The position numbers and the translations under genes are program-made. This document shows, piece by piece, positions 14,523 through 27,835 of a stretch of 64,000 bases of DNA (positions are counted from its first letter, which is position 1; each line of letters begins with the position of its first letter). Source of the stretch: Kondoa subrosea (taxonomy: Eukaryota); assembly GCA_039545335.1 (NCBI GenBank), contig BCIN01000002.1, positions 1,501,118 through 1,565,117 on the forward strand, given 5' to 3'. The notes under the pieces are model-generated. The model was not told where the DNA came from. It saw only the letters and a program-made list of their open reading frames with translations, and searched no databases.

Positions 14523-16656
14523 ATGTCTGTCTTCTAGTGAGCCGATTTCTCTCCTATTTCAAAAGAGCATGCTTTTGACATGTAGCGATAGTAAATTCAA
14601 AGCTTGGAAAGAGCCAGCCATTATACCCTTCGATGGCACTGGTATCAGCGGCTGGGACCTCAAGAAGGAAATTGTAATGGCGAACAATCTAGCTTCTTCT
14701 GCCAAAGACTTTGACCTGCACATATTCAATGCTCAGACTGATGAAGGTGTGACTCCTTTGCTAACCGGTTTTCAACATAAAGTTCAAATACTATTGTTGC
14801 GTGTTTTCAGAATACAATGATCAAGCTGTCATTCCGCGAGCGACTACCGTGATTGCTCAACGTTTGCCTGCAAAGAAACATGGCCGCGGAACAGCTCAAT
14901 ATTACGTTCCTTCCGATACCGCACAACCCGACAATGCTCGTGGACCTAGAGGTGCAGCGCCTGGCTCAAATGTTTGGCGCGGTCCAATGTCCAAACGCTT
15001 TGATCAGCATGAGAGCAGTCCTAAACCAGTACGTATTCGTTTCCGCGTTGTGCCCTGACTCGGGTGCTCACAAGTCGCTGCAGGAAATCGCTATTGCCAG
15101 TATTACCGGTGCACAAGCCGATGTTGACAATGATGAAGCTGCCAGAATAGCACAGATGTTCGCTCAATCCGGTCAGCAATGGGAAGAGCAGCAGGATAAG
15201 ATGGCCACGTGTGTTCTTTATGATAGTAGTAAATTCACAAGCAATGTTAATTCTCTTTGTCCCGTTTTCGCCTATAGTGCAAAACGTATAGCTCGGACTG
15301 GACCTCTTACTGCTGGCTCTGCAAATCATCGACCATATCAGCAACCTCCTCCCAGCAACAGACCTCCGCCACCTGGCTATATTTGCTATCGATGTGGTAA
15401 AGCAGGTCAGTGTAAGAGCTTCTCATGCCGTCTTTGTGCTAATATCATCCTTATAGGTCACTGGATACAAGAGTGCACGACAAACGATGATCCTACGTTT
15501 GACAATAAGCCGCGCATCAAGAGAACGACCGGCATTCCGAAGAGTTTTCTGCAATCCGTTGAAGGCCCAACAGACAATCAATCTGGTCTGATGGTTGGTG
15601 CAGATGGCAATTATGTTATCGCTCGACCGGACTCGTAAGCTACATTCCATGTGTTCAGATGGAGATAGATGCTTACGTCAATTTTAGGGCTTCATGGGCT
15701 GCACATAGATCAGCTGCACCAAAGAACTTGACTGCAGCCGAAGTCCAAGCTCTGCAACCTCAAGATCCCGATTTGACTTGCTCTTTGGATAACAAGCTTT
15801 TAAGAAACGCGGTTACTACCCCTTGCTGCAATACTGCTTTTTGTGAAGAATGCATAAAAGATTACTTGCGTTCCCATGCTTCTTTGTGTCCCGAGTGCGA
15901 GTCCAAAGTAAAGAATCTTGCCCAATTGAAACCGGATGAGGAGAGACGCAAGCGGGTAGCAGATTATGTTGAGGAAATGGTCAATGCGAGCAAGGATGAA
16001 TCTGGTGAATCTGCGCGGCAGCACAATCAGACTTCGCAAAATGGCGATTCCGACGTGAACAGGAGGGCGTCAGAAGAAGTGGAACAGGTCAGTCATTTGT
16101 CTACGCTCTATTTAGACAAGCGCTAACAATTATGCTTTCAGCAATTACCTACAGCATCTATGAGACGTTCAGGCAGTTCGCAGTCTGGCCTGTCAGAAGA
16201 GCAAGCACCTCTTCCATCTCGATCCTCTACCCCCAATACCATGCATATGCTAGGACAGCATCAAATGATGAATCCTATGATGTTACAGCAACAGATCATG
16301 CAATGCATGATGATGCTACAGAATCCTCAATTACCTCCTCCTGCTCGAATGCAAATCACTTTCCAATTACAGCAAGCTCAAATGATTATGGCTAACATGA
16401 TGAGTGGTCAGAATTTAGCTCAACAACAGATGGCCCAAGCAGCAGGAAACACTCGCCGAAGTAGCCCTTTCCCTTCATCTCAAGCCGCTGGCAAAGACGT
16501 CAGAAATACTGAGTGTACGTCTCCAACATTGTAGTTCATAGCATTAACTAACATCAACGAACAGCATCGCCTCCAGAGGTCAACGCGATATTACCGAAGC
16601 GACAAAGAGAGGAATCCGATGCTGAAGCGAGCGAGAAGAGGAATCGGACTGAGTAA
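14523..16656 (+). CDS. MPE1: Cleavage/polyadenylation factor Mpe1/RBBP6 (DWNN ubiquitin-like domain, zinc knuckle, RING)
   Basis: MSVFY|KFKAWKEP..FDGTGISGWDLKKEI (DWNN); PPPGYICYRCGKAG|HWIQEC; RIKRTTGIPKSFL; C..DNKLLRNAVTTPCCNTAFCEECI..CPEC. Confidence 0.93.
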
Positions 16657-16733
16657 AGGAGGCATTTATCAACGGCCTGTCATTATTGTACAGAGCACAT
16701 CATAGCACTCATCATTGCATTTCACTATCTTAC

Positions 16734-18559
16734 TTAATGCCAGTATTTCAAGCTCACGTCTGATCCTTTGACCTGTATATGCATCGCAATGAATTTTCAT
16801 TACTAGAAAGAAGTCCGCAAGTAGTAGCTCACGCTCAACCAGGCTTCATCGACAGCAGCAACGACAGCATTGGGTAAAGGACCCTGCAAATATAGGGCCT
16901 TTTAGTTCGCACAGACGTTGTAGGCTTCGATACTACCTTTTCAAGATCGACCAAGTTCTGCGAAACAGCGTTAGAGGCTTAGGAGCAGAAGCGAGGAGGT
17001 GGCTTGAAACCTTACTTCTTCGATATGTTTGACACTGGAAGCGCCAATAATAACATTGCTGAACAGGCTCCTATTCAATCTTGACTGTTATGAATATAGC
17101 AAATCACTCACTCTCCGTTATCTCGCTTCATAGCTGAATGGTGTGAAACCCAACGTAGCGCGATCTCGGCCATTGTCAACTTATGCTCGTCGCTGGCTTT
17201 CTGGAGAATGTCCAAAGCCTTGAAATACGCTGAATTCCAGTATCTAACATGACAATATCGGCTAAAATCAGATCAATGACAGTGTAGTACTTCACCTCAT
17301 GCGATACACTTTGCCTTGAGACTTGTCTGGGTCGAAGCGAGAGCCAGATTCGGCTTGACTCTCTTGTGAACTATAGCGACCCGCTACGGCAATCAAGAAG
17401 CGTAGACATAAGCGAACAATGATGTTACTACTGAAAGAAGGAGACAGACTCAGAAGACCTCCTCCCAAAGGATTGAATTGATAAAAGGAGATTCCATATT
17501 TGTGCAAACAAGGCAACAATTCTGCTTCAATAGTACGATGTACACAATTGTAGATTCCTTGATATGCAGTAGGAGCGATCTGACGACAGAAAGAGCATGA
17601 GCTAATCGTGAGTATGCACGGAAGTGACAAATTTACCCAACTGTTGGCTTTGGCGATTTCGCACATTGCTGAAACTTCCCAGCTATAGTAGTTACTGATA
17701 CCTAATCGCTTAAATTTGCCTTCTTTGTGTAAATCGTTGCAGGTACGCAAAGTGTCAACATAAGGAGTTGAGCGATCTGGACCGCTGCTCGACTTGCTCA
17801 GAGGTATGATTGATCCCCAGATAGTTTCGCACTTACTGTAAGTAGAACTATATTGCAGCCAAACTTCAGTCAGGTATTGATGCGCTCAGCGAAAACAGAT
17901 TGACCATATCAATAGAATCCGTTCCTAGAGCCTTCAAGGAAGCCTCCAGATGTTTGCGTACATCTTCTGGAGAATGAGAGATTTTGTCGGCGAACATGGA
18001 ACCGACAACGGATCCTTTCGTTGGATATAGTTTAGTATCCATTACGATACCTCGCTTCTTCCAGTCAATCTGAGTGAATGATAAAGCAGTCCATTAGATG
18101 AATTCAGCGCGAAGAGCACGAGCAAACGCACTTTGCGCAGATACTCTGTTGACCCAAGGAGTAAGCATAATTTCGGTTAAGCCCTATTGATATTTACCCT
18201 CGCTTGTACCACCACAATAGAGCCGGGCAGCTAATCGTGCGTATAAGCAAGTGCAAAGCGAATATATAGTATTACCGTTTTATCTTGACATACTATCGAT
18301 TTCATCATGCCCATGCTTTTGGAAGACATCCACAATCTTTCCGCAAGTCTCGATATCATGAACTCGAGCTTGGTCTTGGCCTTCTGCACCGAAAGTCATT
18401 GCACCGAGGGTGATCTGAATGCAAGATTACAAAGCAAAGGCAGAAGTATAAATAGCAAGAGCATGATAGAAGTATAAGAAGAGGAAGAGAAGGATCATAA
18501 TGAGCTTGAAATGGCATGAACACTACGAAGGTACATACGGGAAGAGCTGATTTGGCCAT
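16734..18559 (-). CDS. Aldo-keto reductase, AKR7 / aflatoxin B1 aldehyde reductase type
   Basis: MAKSALP|ITLGAMTFG, GHDEID|TARLY, MDTKLYP, KFKRLGISNYYSWEV, PTAYQGIYN, FNPLGGGL, ALRWVSHHS, IIGASS, LEK|GPLP, C-terminal KYWH*. Confidence 0.9.
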
Positions 18560-19443
18560 GTTTGAGGTTTGGAGGTTTGGAAAGAAAGGCTCCCAGAAAT
18601 CCAAAGCCTTGTCGCCATCCGTCGAAGATGATGTGTGCTCGGCCTGCTCACTCAAACTGCAACTGTACATGCAATTAGATTTCCTCTGCACTCGTATTAC
18701 TAATCAAGAGAGATTCCAAGCTACAAGTGTTGAAGTGTCCGTTCCTACTCTATCGGCCTGCCAGCATATTGAGATGGTAATTCTACTCTTCCTCGTGCTT
18801 TACGACTCTCTGCGTCCCCTGGCAACACAGAAAATGATGACGCGGGGTTTGATATTACGTGAACTGAATGTCAAGAATGTACACGCCAATGCGCGCAACA
18901 ACGATCTAGCCTAAGAGAGCTGTATAAAAGAGGATAACAAACCCAGATGAGTGCATTGAAAGCTGCACATACTATTGTGCGGCTTTTGTGTAACGCCAAA
19001 GAAACGTCTTTCAGCCAGCTTTGACTTGCGCCCCTCTATCTTGCAATAATAGCCTAGTCTCCATGGCGTGCGTGAGCTTGGAAATTTCTCGAGCAGAGCA
19101 GTGGCGTCTTCACAATTGCAAGCACGTAAGCAGAAATTCGATTAGGTGATGTTTCTTTCCTTGAACGTGGAAGCGCTTCTACTCATCTACCGCTCTATCA
19201 TAACATGGCAGTCGAGTGCCTGAGCACACTATCAGTAGCCGCGGCTCAAGACGAGGCAAAGAGGCTATTCTTTCAACACGGCAAAAGCGGCTGGTCGCTG
19301 CTCTTAAATCCTCGCTTTGCTCCTATTACTGCGTGCTTGCCCTTTCATTGAACTAAAACCCCCTACTACTTCGTATTGGCCCAAAACCCTACACTGTATC
19401 ATATTTGTTCCGTTCAGCTCATTTGGGAAAAAAACATCAAATG

Positions 19444-20252
19444 CTACGATGGTCTAGGCTGCTGATTAAAAGAGGAAGAACCTGCTCCTGAATTCGATGA
19501 AGAGCCTTGCTGTGGAGTTGGATCTGCTGCTCCGGCAGAAGAAGAGTTTGTGCCGCTTGTTGTTTCGCTCGATGGATTGCTACCGGATGTAGAAGCTGTC
19601 GGCGGACGATTAGCCAGCCAAGCTCGATATAAAGGTTCTAGAGGAGTGTTGTTGATCATGCTTTGAATATCTGTTTGCTGGTACCCCATTTCTGATCGAA
19701 GAGCGTTATTACTGTCGGCAAGTCTATTATGGAAAATCGGATCAGCTGCTTCAAGAAAGTGGAAGAAGAAGTCATCGTACTGAAGAATGATGGTGAAGGC
19801 TGCATCATACTGCTGTTGCGCCAACAAAGATCTCGCTCGCAACATCCGTTCATATCGCTCTTGCTGCCTTTCATCTCTTGCCAATCCTTCTCCCCTACCA
19901 CCTCTTAAATCAATTGGTTGATCTATACACTTACCTAAGTAAGTTCTACCGTATGAGAAAGATATGGATTATGGCACAAACCTCTACTTTCTATAAAAAA
20001 AATCGGGTCAAAATAAGCTACACATAGATATGAGGAAGAGCCGATGACAAGAAACTCACCTCTACTAGTACCACTACTACTTCCATTGCTTCCACTGTCC
20101 TCCGAACTACCGTTTCCAACGCCATTGACTACACCGTTACTCGATATCGATTCTGAGCCTTCCCCGAACTGAGTATGCGTTGCTCTTACAGCATTCATCC
20201 TTGTCGTTCGATCCGTCATATCTCCATTGCTAGGAACGTTGCTGTTACTCAT
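19444..20252 (-). CDS. Hypothetical (orphan) protein with S/G/N-rich termini and a helical core
   Basis: ORFs 19935-20252 and 19444-19884 with a GTGAGT donor at ~20059. Protein-like composition but no family recognised; splice path unresolved. Confidence 0.45.
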
Positions 20253-20757
20253 GATCTGACACTACAAAGCAAAATAGTTTTAATTGGTGAATAATATACT
20301 TTCGGTCCAAGTTTTGGTCTAGAGCTACTTCTAGTTGATGCGAGGAGGATGGAATAGATGACGAGGTCCAAAAATTGATGGTCTGGTCGGCGGAAGTGAT
20401 TGCTAAGGTGAAATTATTGGAAACCGCATGTTCTGAAACTGTTTTCGCTCTTGTGCCGAGAAACCCACATTCATTCAAGCGGGAATTGCAACTAGTATCA
20501 TAGCTTGTACGTAGTCATGTCAAAATACAGCCCTTATGCTGTCATGCTTCAGGACACCAGCATTCTCTCAATTTCCCGGGGGGCAAGAAAGATTCGACTT
20601 TTACAAAAGCTACAAAATTGATTTATGAAAAACGTGCTCGCCGATTTCAAACTCGAGTTCAGAGTGAATTTTTCTAAGCTCAAGCTATACCAAACAGGAA
20701 TTGATTGCTTGATACCTCTAGAACACTCCCTATATACACACACATTAACCTGCTATA

Positions 20758-22445
20758 ATGGGATTCGGTGGTATGCTGCTTGCATCACATCCAACAAATT
20801 TCAAGATCTTAATACTGCTAAATAGACAGAGGAGGTCGTGGCGGAGGAGCTCGAGGAGGTAGCAGAGGTAGAGGTTAGCTCAATCTTCAGTTGACTAGCG
20901 TTCATTACTCATCATTTCATCTCATTTCACTTTTTCCCTTCCCTCTCACCCCCTCTATTCTATTGAACTTCTCGTTTGTACACTATTATAGGCGGTTCAA
21001 ATCTAGGCCGTGGATCTCGTGGTGGGAAACCAATGGGCGGCTTTGGAGGAGACAGAGGAGGAAAGTTATACTACCCAAGTGGAAAATTATCAGGGTCTGA
21101 TACGGTTGAAATGTATACAGGATTCGGCGGTAGAGGTCGAGGAGGAGATAGAGGTGGACGAGGAGGTGGAAGAGGTGGATCACGAGGTCAGCATTAGCCA
21201 TGTTGGGCGATCATGAAGAACGCTCAATCCGATTCTTTGTCTTGTCAGGCGCACCACGAGGTCGAGGAGCACCTAGAGGTAAGCAATAACATCACTGTAG
21301 TCCATTATATGCTCATAAGTCCATTCGAGGTGGAAGAGGAGCACCTAGAGGTAAATCTGCTCAACGTCACATAATGCTAGCAATGCTCAAACGATACTAC
21401 AGGCGGAGGAGGTGGTGGCAGAGGCGGTGGAGCAGCAAAAGTCATTCTCGAGAAGCACAGACACGAAGGAGTCTTCATCGCAAAAGGAGCCAAAGAATCT
21501 TTATTGGTAACGAAAAACTTGGTACCTGGAGAATCAGTCTACGGAGAAAAGAGGATATCGATCGAAAGTGCTGGTGGACAAGATGGCACAGACAAGATCA
21601 AGACGGAATACAGAGTGTGGAACCCTTTCAGATCGAAGTTGGCTGCTGGTATTCTTGGTGGATTGGATGATATTTACATTGCACCTGGAAAGAAAGTCCT
21701 TTACCTTGGAGCTGCAAGCGGAACAAGTGTGTCCCACGTAGCTGATGTTGTCGGACCGGTCAGTGAGGATCGATATATGGCAGTATGCTCTGCTGATTTA
21801 TCGAGACATCCTGACAGGAAGGAACTGTCTACGCTGTCGAATTCTCTCATCGATCTGGTCGTGATCTGATAAATATGGCAAAGAAGAGGACGAATGTTAT
21901 TCGTATGTCCGCAAGCCAACAGGAAGATGCAAGTCCTGATATATTCTCCTTTCCTTAGCTATCATTGAAGACGCGCGGCACCCGAACAAGTACAGAATGC
22001 TCGTAGGAATGGTTGATGTAGTCTTTGCAGATGTAGCACAACCGGATCAGGTCAGTTTCGAGAACAGTTAATGGAATATCATGATCTTATCACTGCTATC
22101 CAAAATGACAGGCTCGTATCATTGCACTCAACGCTCACCATTTCCTCAAAAACGAAGGCCACATTGTCATTTCCATCAAAGCATCATGTATCGATTCGAC
22201 AGCTCCAGCAGAAGTTGTTTTCGCCTCAGAAGTGAAGAAGATGCAAGCAGAGATGATCAAACCGCACGAACAGCTGACATTGGAGCCTTGTACGTCCGAC
22301 TGAGTACTGGCCGCTGATACCTGTGCTAATTTGCTCTTCGACAGACGAGAGAGATCACGCTATGGTGTAAGTTCCGGTCTTTGTCGTTCAAAGCCTCTTC
22401 TGAATAACTCTTAACAGTATCGGATCGTACATCCGTCATTCGTGA
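20758..22445 (+). CDS. NOP1: Fibrillarin, rRNA 2'-O-methyltransferase with N-terminal GAR/RGG domain
   Basis: RGG exons 20758-21430, then [103 protein letters not shown]. Confidence 0.97.
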
Positions 22446-22670
22446 TTGGTATCTTGTAGCTCTGTATTGTTTGTTTTGGGTTCCTTTACACTATCCTGTA
22501 ATTAAGATTTTCAATTGCCTCAACCGCAGCCCCGATTGCTCGCTTGCGAATAATAAATACAATGTACTGATATACCCATGCTAATCTAATCGACAAGGTC
22601 CATGTCCCGTTAAAAGACCCGATGTACAAATGCTGACAGTGAAAGTCCATATTTTTCTTTTATTTGCCCT

Positions 22671-25600
22671 TTAGCGAAGGACTTTTGTTGGAAGTGATCG
22701 TTCTACTGCTTGAGACGGATTAATGTAAGGATCTTGATATTGTGCTCTGCGTTTTAGTTCAGCACTATTGGATCGTAAAAGCAAAAGAAGGCTTACCCCT
22801 GTGCAGCAGTATAGAAGCCTGCATTGTCAGCCGCGTTAGCCCATCCGTTGCCAACATTAGTAGACGGCGAATTGGTAGGATAAGCTGTGGGTGTTAGCGC
22901 GGGGAGAGTAACAGCTGAGCCTGTTGCAGTGTAGCGAGGCAAAGCACCAGCATTTGGGATATTCGTCAATGCTGCCGGTGGCCATTGACCATACAGCGAG
23001 GACATAGAAGGTGTTATCGAGTCTGCAGCGATATTGCCAACTTGCCAGCCTTGTAAAGCAGGTTTGGCGACTTGAGGAGGAGCTGGTGCATTATACTTCT
23101 GAGCCAAAGCTAAACAAGCGCCATTCGCATTGCGAGGATCTTGAGGTACATAACCTTCTTGCAAACCAAGCGAGTAGGACCAGCTGCAAGAAAAGATCAG
23201 CTGGACGCAAGAGCGATGAAGATTGGCGGTGCTCACGATGGATTTGGGACGACTCCTGCTGCGTTTCGACCGATCCTCCAGCTGCAGCAGTTTGGAAACA
23301 TAGACATGAGCGAACGAAAATGCGTCTAGGGCGGCTCTTTGACGTACGTCCAGAAGAAGAAGTTCTGCATCGCATCCATCTGAGCCGATATAAATTCGAC
23401 GTATTGCCCTCGCAAAGTCGAGTCCCAGTTGGCGACGTTCCCGAATTGGTCGCAGCTGCCCTGTCGAGTAAAAGTTCTTCCTGCTTCGATAAATGTGCCT
23501 TCGTATCTTGTTCCCAGGTTGACACCGTTCAAGTATTGACCACAGTCATTCTGTTGCGCAGACATGTCGCCGTGAGCCTCATTTCAATTCAAACTATGAT
23601 TGTGAACTCACAATGGCTCCAGACCATTCGCCTGCAAATGTCATTCCAAAGTCGCCCACTGGACAAGGCTCAGGTGATATGAAATGGTAAGTCAGGAAAA
23701 GCTTACCAGATTGATTGTAGCCAGCAGCCCAGCGCGCGCATGGCTAGCATTAGATTAGCATATTGTCCAGATTCAGAGCCAGGGCTTACTTTTGGTATCT
23801 GAACTGGCATAGGATCGGAATTTTGGTTGACATCGAAAGCGAGATACGGATGAAGATCCTAAGTTGGGCAACAAATTAGTATCAAATGGTTCAGTAACAG
23901 AGCAAAGACCAACCAGAGCTAATCTATCTGCTCCGTTCAAAAATCCAACCCATTCGTCTTCGCCGCGAAATCCATCATGTATAGCGATAATCGGCCCTTT
24001 TCCAATACCAGTGATTCCACGAATAACTCTAGAAAGTGTTGATCAGCACAGAAAGACATTAGTGGCAAGTCGACGTACTGATACGCCTCAAAGTAAAACG
24101 ATCGAAGAGCTTGAGCTCCAATGATGGTCAGTTGTGCTTCATTCAGAATGGAGAACATCGGCACGACATTGCTGTATTGTTCCTGGGAGATGAATTGGGT
24201 AACGGAACGAATGGTATTGAGTGTTCTCTGAGCGTTGACTATACCCATCGGACCATTCAAGAAACCTAGCGATCCATACCGGCCTGAATGATTCCAGCCA
24301 TTCTGACTGCCTGTTCACAAGTCCGAACAGTCAACTAACACTTCGTAAATTGGGACGGAGGACCTTACCTGGAACAGCATGCAGATCGAGGTTGATCCGT
24401 AAACCATATTTTCTTGCCCATTCGAAAGCCTTGAGCACATAAGTCCATCCGACACCTTGCAGGTACGGCTCATCGTCCACCAGCGGTATAACATGCCAGA
24501 AAGCGATTGGTAGTCTAATCCAATTGAGACCTGCCGCTGCAATATCTGCAAAGTCCTTTTCGGTCTGTGTGTTGCAAGAAGCCTCGGAATCAGCTGGAAA
24601 GGTGAAGGTACTTGGCCTTCAACATACGATGAATGTTTCGTAATGCTCTGTCATTGTTGCTTGTAGGCCCGAACCGAGATTGAGCGAGAGGGTGTATTCG
24701 TCTACTGCCGGTCTTTGAGCCTAATAGTGGCGATCAACACGGGACAAGTATGATAAAGGAAGAGCATACATTCTGATAGGGTTCGAAGAGACCTGGCGCG
24801 ATGAAAGGTTCCGGGACCTAATCAGAACACATTAGCATGAAATTACTGCATATAACACACAATGCCAACAAGCCAGCCGCCAACCTTCAGCACAAAGTCA
24901 ACACATGTCACTTACTAGCCAAAGCAATAGCTCACATTAACACCTTTTATCCCATATTAGAGGGAAGCACGGCAACAAAGTAGGCAAAGTCAGCTGACCT
25001 AACATTCTCATGGAATTGTAATCCCAAGGTTCGTTCAACGCAGGCGTATCCGCTTGAGCTTTAGCCGACTCATTGAAAGGTGCAGAAACCCAATGTCCTC
25101 CGAAAGAATTGCGATAAGTAAAAGTAGTACCGTTGCTTGATCATTTCCATCAAAAACATTCAAGACCGGTTGAGCAAGCTTACTCCATAGTGATTTGGGA
25201 GCCATCACCTCCCCAGAAATAAGAGTCCGGTATTGCAGAACTCGTAGGAGCAGGAGCAGCAGTAGTTTTCATGGCAGTATTTGCTTTGTTGTTCGACTCC
25301 AGAATATCTGAATCTTGGTTCGATGCTTTCTTTTGCGCCAATCGAGCAGCAGGTACAGAGATAACAATGATGAGTATCGTTCCCACTAAAGCAACAATCA
25401 ACCATTTTCGTCTTGCCCAAAGAGATGGTTTTTTGGATCCTGAAGTAGCAGCTACGATGGGTAGGGGTGGGTAATCTTTCTCCTCTTTCAAGAGAGAGTC
25501 TGTGTAAGGAGAATATTGACCAGGCTACCGTAATAATTCGTCAAGCAATGCCTCAGTATAGGGACACGAAGACATACGGGAGAGTCAATAGTGTAGGAGG

Positions 25601-25820
25601 AAGAACTCTGCCTAGACATCTGACCAGGTTCCATGAATGCGGGCGAATTAGGCGGCGGAGGGTTGAAATAATCTGGGGAAGAAGGTAGTTGAGGGAAACT
25701 GGAGTCGTGAGCAGCTGGAGAAGCAGGTAAAGGAAACTCCTGATACAGAGGTTCTTGCTGCTGTTGAGAAGGCTGCATCCCATTGGCCGTGCTGCCTTGT
25801 CCAAGCGGGGGAGAAGGCAT
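22671..25820 (-). CDS. GH5 exo-beta-1,3-glucanase, type II membrane-anchored (ExgD-like)
   Basis: N-terminal TM (WLIVALVGTILIIVISVPA); VPEPFIAP, VDEYTL, EHYETFI, AAAGLNWIRLPI, WARKYGLRINLDLHAVP|GSQNGWNHSG, acid/base ILNE, nucleophile AGEWS; last exon ends TKVLR*. Confidence 0.9.
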
Positions 25821-26214
25821 ATTCTTGATGGTCACCAATCAGAGGACGAAAGCGACAGGTGCAAGTGAGCAGCAGCTCTCGTGAAAGAAAACAACACAAG
25901 CAATCTTAAGCAAGCTTGGTGCCAAAACCCAAAAGATTAGTACTACTGATCGGAATATAGAGACGCGTTGGTCTTGGCTGTCAACGCCTGGAGAACGAGC
26001 AGACAGGTGTTGACTGTACAGTATGAAGGATGAGCAGAAGCCAATATCTGCACAAGGCTTGCAGCCCTTGGCCGCTTGAACCGAAAGAAGATCTATGCGC
26101 GTTTCAGAAGACTTGGCATACAGTCATGCAGAGTGCAACAAGTATATCGTTGCAGTGTCTAGATCATGCTATCTCTCTTGTGTATCTCTGTACATCTTGG
26201 ATCTCTCTTCCGCT

Positions 26215-27380
26215 TCAAGTGCTTCGCAATCTGCAAATAACGATGCTTAGTAAGCCGAATCAAGTACTCGTCCAAGAACGCTTACCTATCCTCTTTCTCC
26301 TTTCTAATAGCTTGTAGTGCAGCGACCTTGTCTTCCTTTGATGCATCATAGCTCAACGTTGCACGATTAAAAGGGTTATCAGGGCTGCCGCGCGACATCA
26401 TCAGCTGAGTCGAGACAAAGGCATAAAATGACCCACTGTTTCTGGAAGTCCTTGTACATGATGTCTTGATACTGCTGTAAACGAAGACCAGGCTGTTCTT
26501 TACGTAGCCCGGGTAATGTATCGCTTTTGTATTGTTCGAAGGCAGCTTTAAACCTGATCAGTTTTACTCAATCAGTACAGCATTTTAAGAGCTAGTTTTT
26601 CCACTGACCGTCTTTCTGGATGCGTCTGTAATGAATTGTCTTAGTTCCCGATCGAGAAAGTTATGGGAAGAACACTCACATCTATACTCTGCGCAGCCTT
26701 ACTTCCTAACGACGCTTTGTCGTTCTTCGCCGTAGCCAGATCGAGCATATCAAGTGCATTGTCGAGACCTGATTACAAAATACCTAAGCGTGAAGTCACT
26801 TCAAGTTACAGGATGCCAGGGACACACCTGAAGCTGAATACTCCTTGACTTCGTCATATCCATCATCATCGAAATCAGGTACCACGCTCGGTGCTTTGGA
26901 AGCCGCAGGTGAAGGTTTCTTGCTCGAAGCAGCACTAGCAACTTTCTTTGCTGGTTGAGGTCCTTTGGGTTTCGATTTTGCCAAAGCTGCTTCTTCCTCT
27001 GCTAACAATCGTGCGGCTTCTTGTTTCCTGGCTAAAGCTTCTTTCGCTTTCTCTTCCTTGTCCGCTGAAGGTTTCTTGCCTTTTAACCGATTCGTGATTA
27101 GCAAAACCAGTGCAAAGCGAGGTAGTTGATGCACCTTTGGCGCCTTTGTCCCATTTGGCTGCCTCTGCCGCTTCCTGGAAGATTCGGTCGTCAATGCTTC
27201 TGAGTCGAAAGTCGGGCTGAGTAGTTCAGACGTACAGCTTGAGCTTTAGCTGCTGCAGCTTTCTCAGCAGCAGATCTGCGCAGTACATTATGAATCAGGA
27301 CACTTGTGTAGATTGAGGATCCAATGAAACATGACAACGCACTCAGCCTTTGCCGCTTTTGCGTTTGCTCCTTTAGCCAT
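26215..27380 (-). CDS. LSO2: Ribosome-hibernation factor Lso2 / CCDC124 / Oxs1 family
   Basis: K/A-rich N-terminus MAKGANAKAAKA, ARKQEAARLLAEEEA, SASG|LDNALDML, HPER|RFKAAFEQY, PGLRLQQYQDIMYKDFQK..PDNPFN. Confidence 0.85.
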
Positions 27381-27835
27381 GACTATTCCGTTGTATAGCT
27401 GGGTATACTACTCCGATCAGAGAATATCCAAATTAGGTATTCTTAGTGAGGTCGCGGTTTCAGACAGACATGACGCGAAGTCGGTTTTTGCACTTTGCAT
27501 AAGTTCTACGCACGAATATGCAAAATTAGGTAGCTATATACAACTCTAGGTAAACGAGAAATACAATAATACAGAGCGGTCTACGAAAGCAAGTGCGGCA
27601 TGTCTTCAGAAATGGTGCCTACGGAATGCTTGAGCCAAAGAAAGCCAAGAAGTACAGTACTAGACTCACCCGGTACGAGCACTTTCGTGCCATAAAGACT
27701 TCTGTAGCTTGGTAGGATTTGCAAATGTTCCTCTTCCGAAAGGTCTTTCGAAAAGCTTGAACGTGCTTACGCCTGCTTACGGTATGTGAGACCTGTGCAG
27801 TTCGAGAAATGACAGAAATAGAAGCGTACCGTTTC

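Noticed and set aside
18600..19440. Intergenic region with TATAAAAG at ~18923 and ORF 18516-18914
   Set aside because: No supported downstream CDS or ncRNA structure.
20874..20991. Longer (118-nt) fibrillarin intron as a possible snoRNA host
   Set aside because: No C box (RTGATGA), D box pair or H/ACA hairpins; only pyrimidine-rich.
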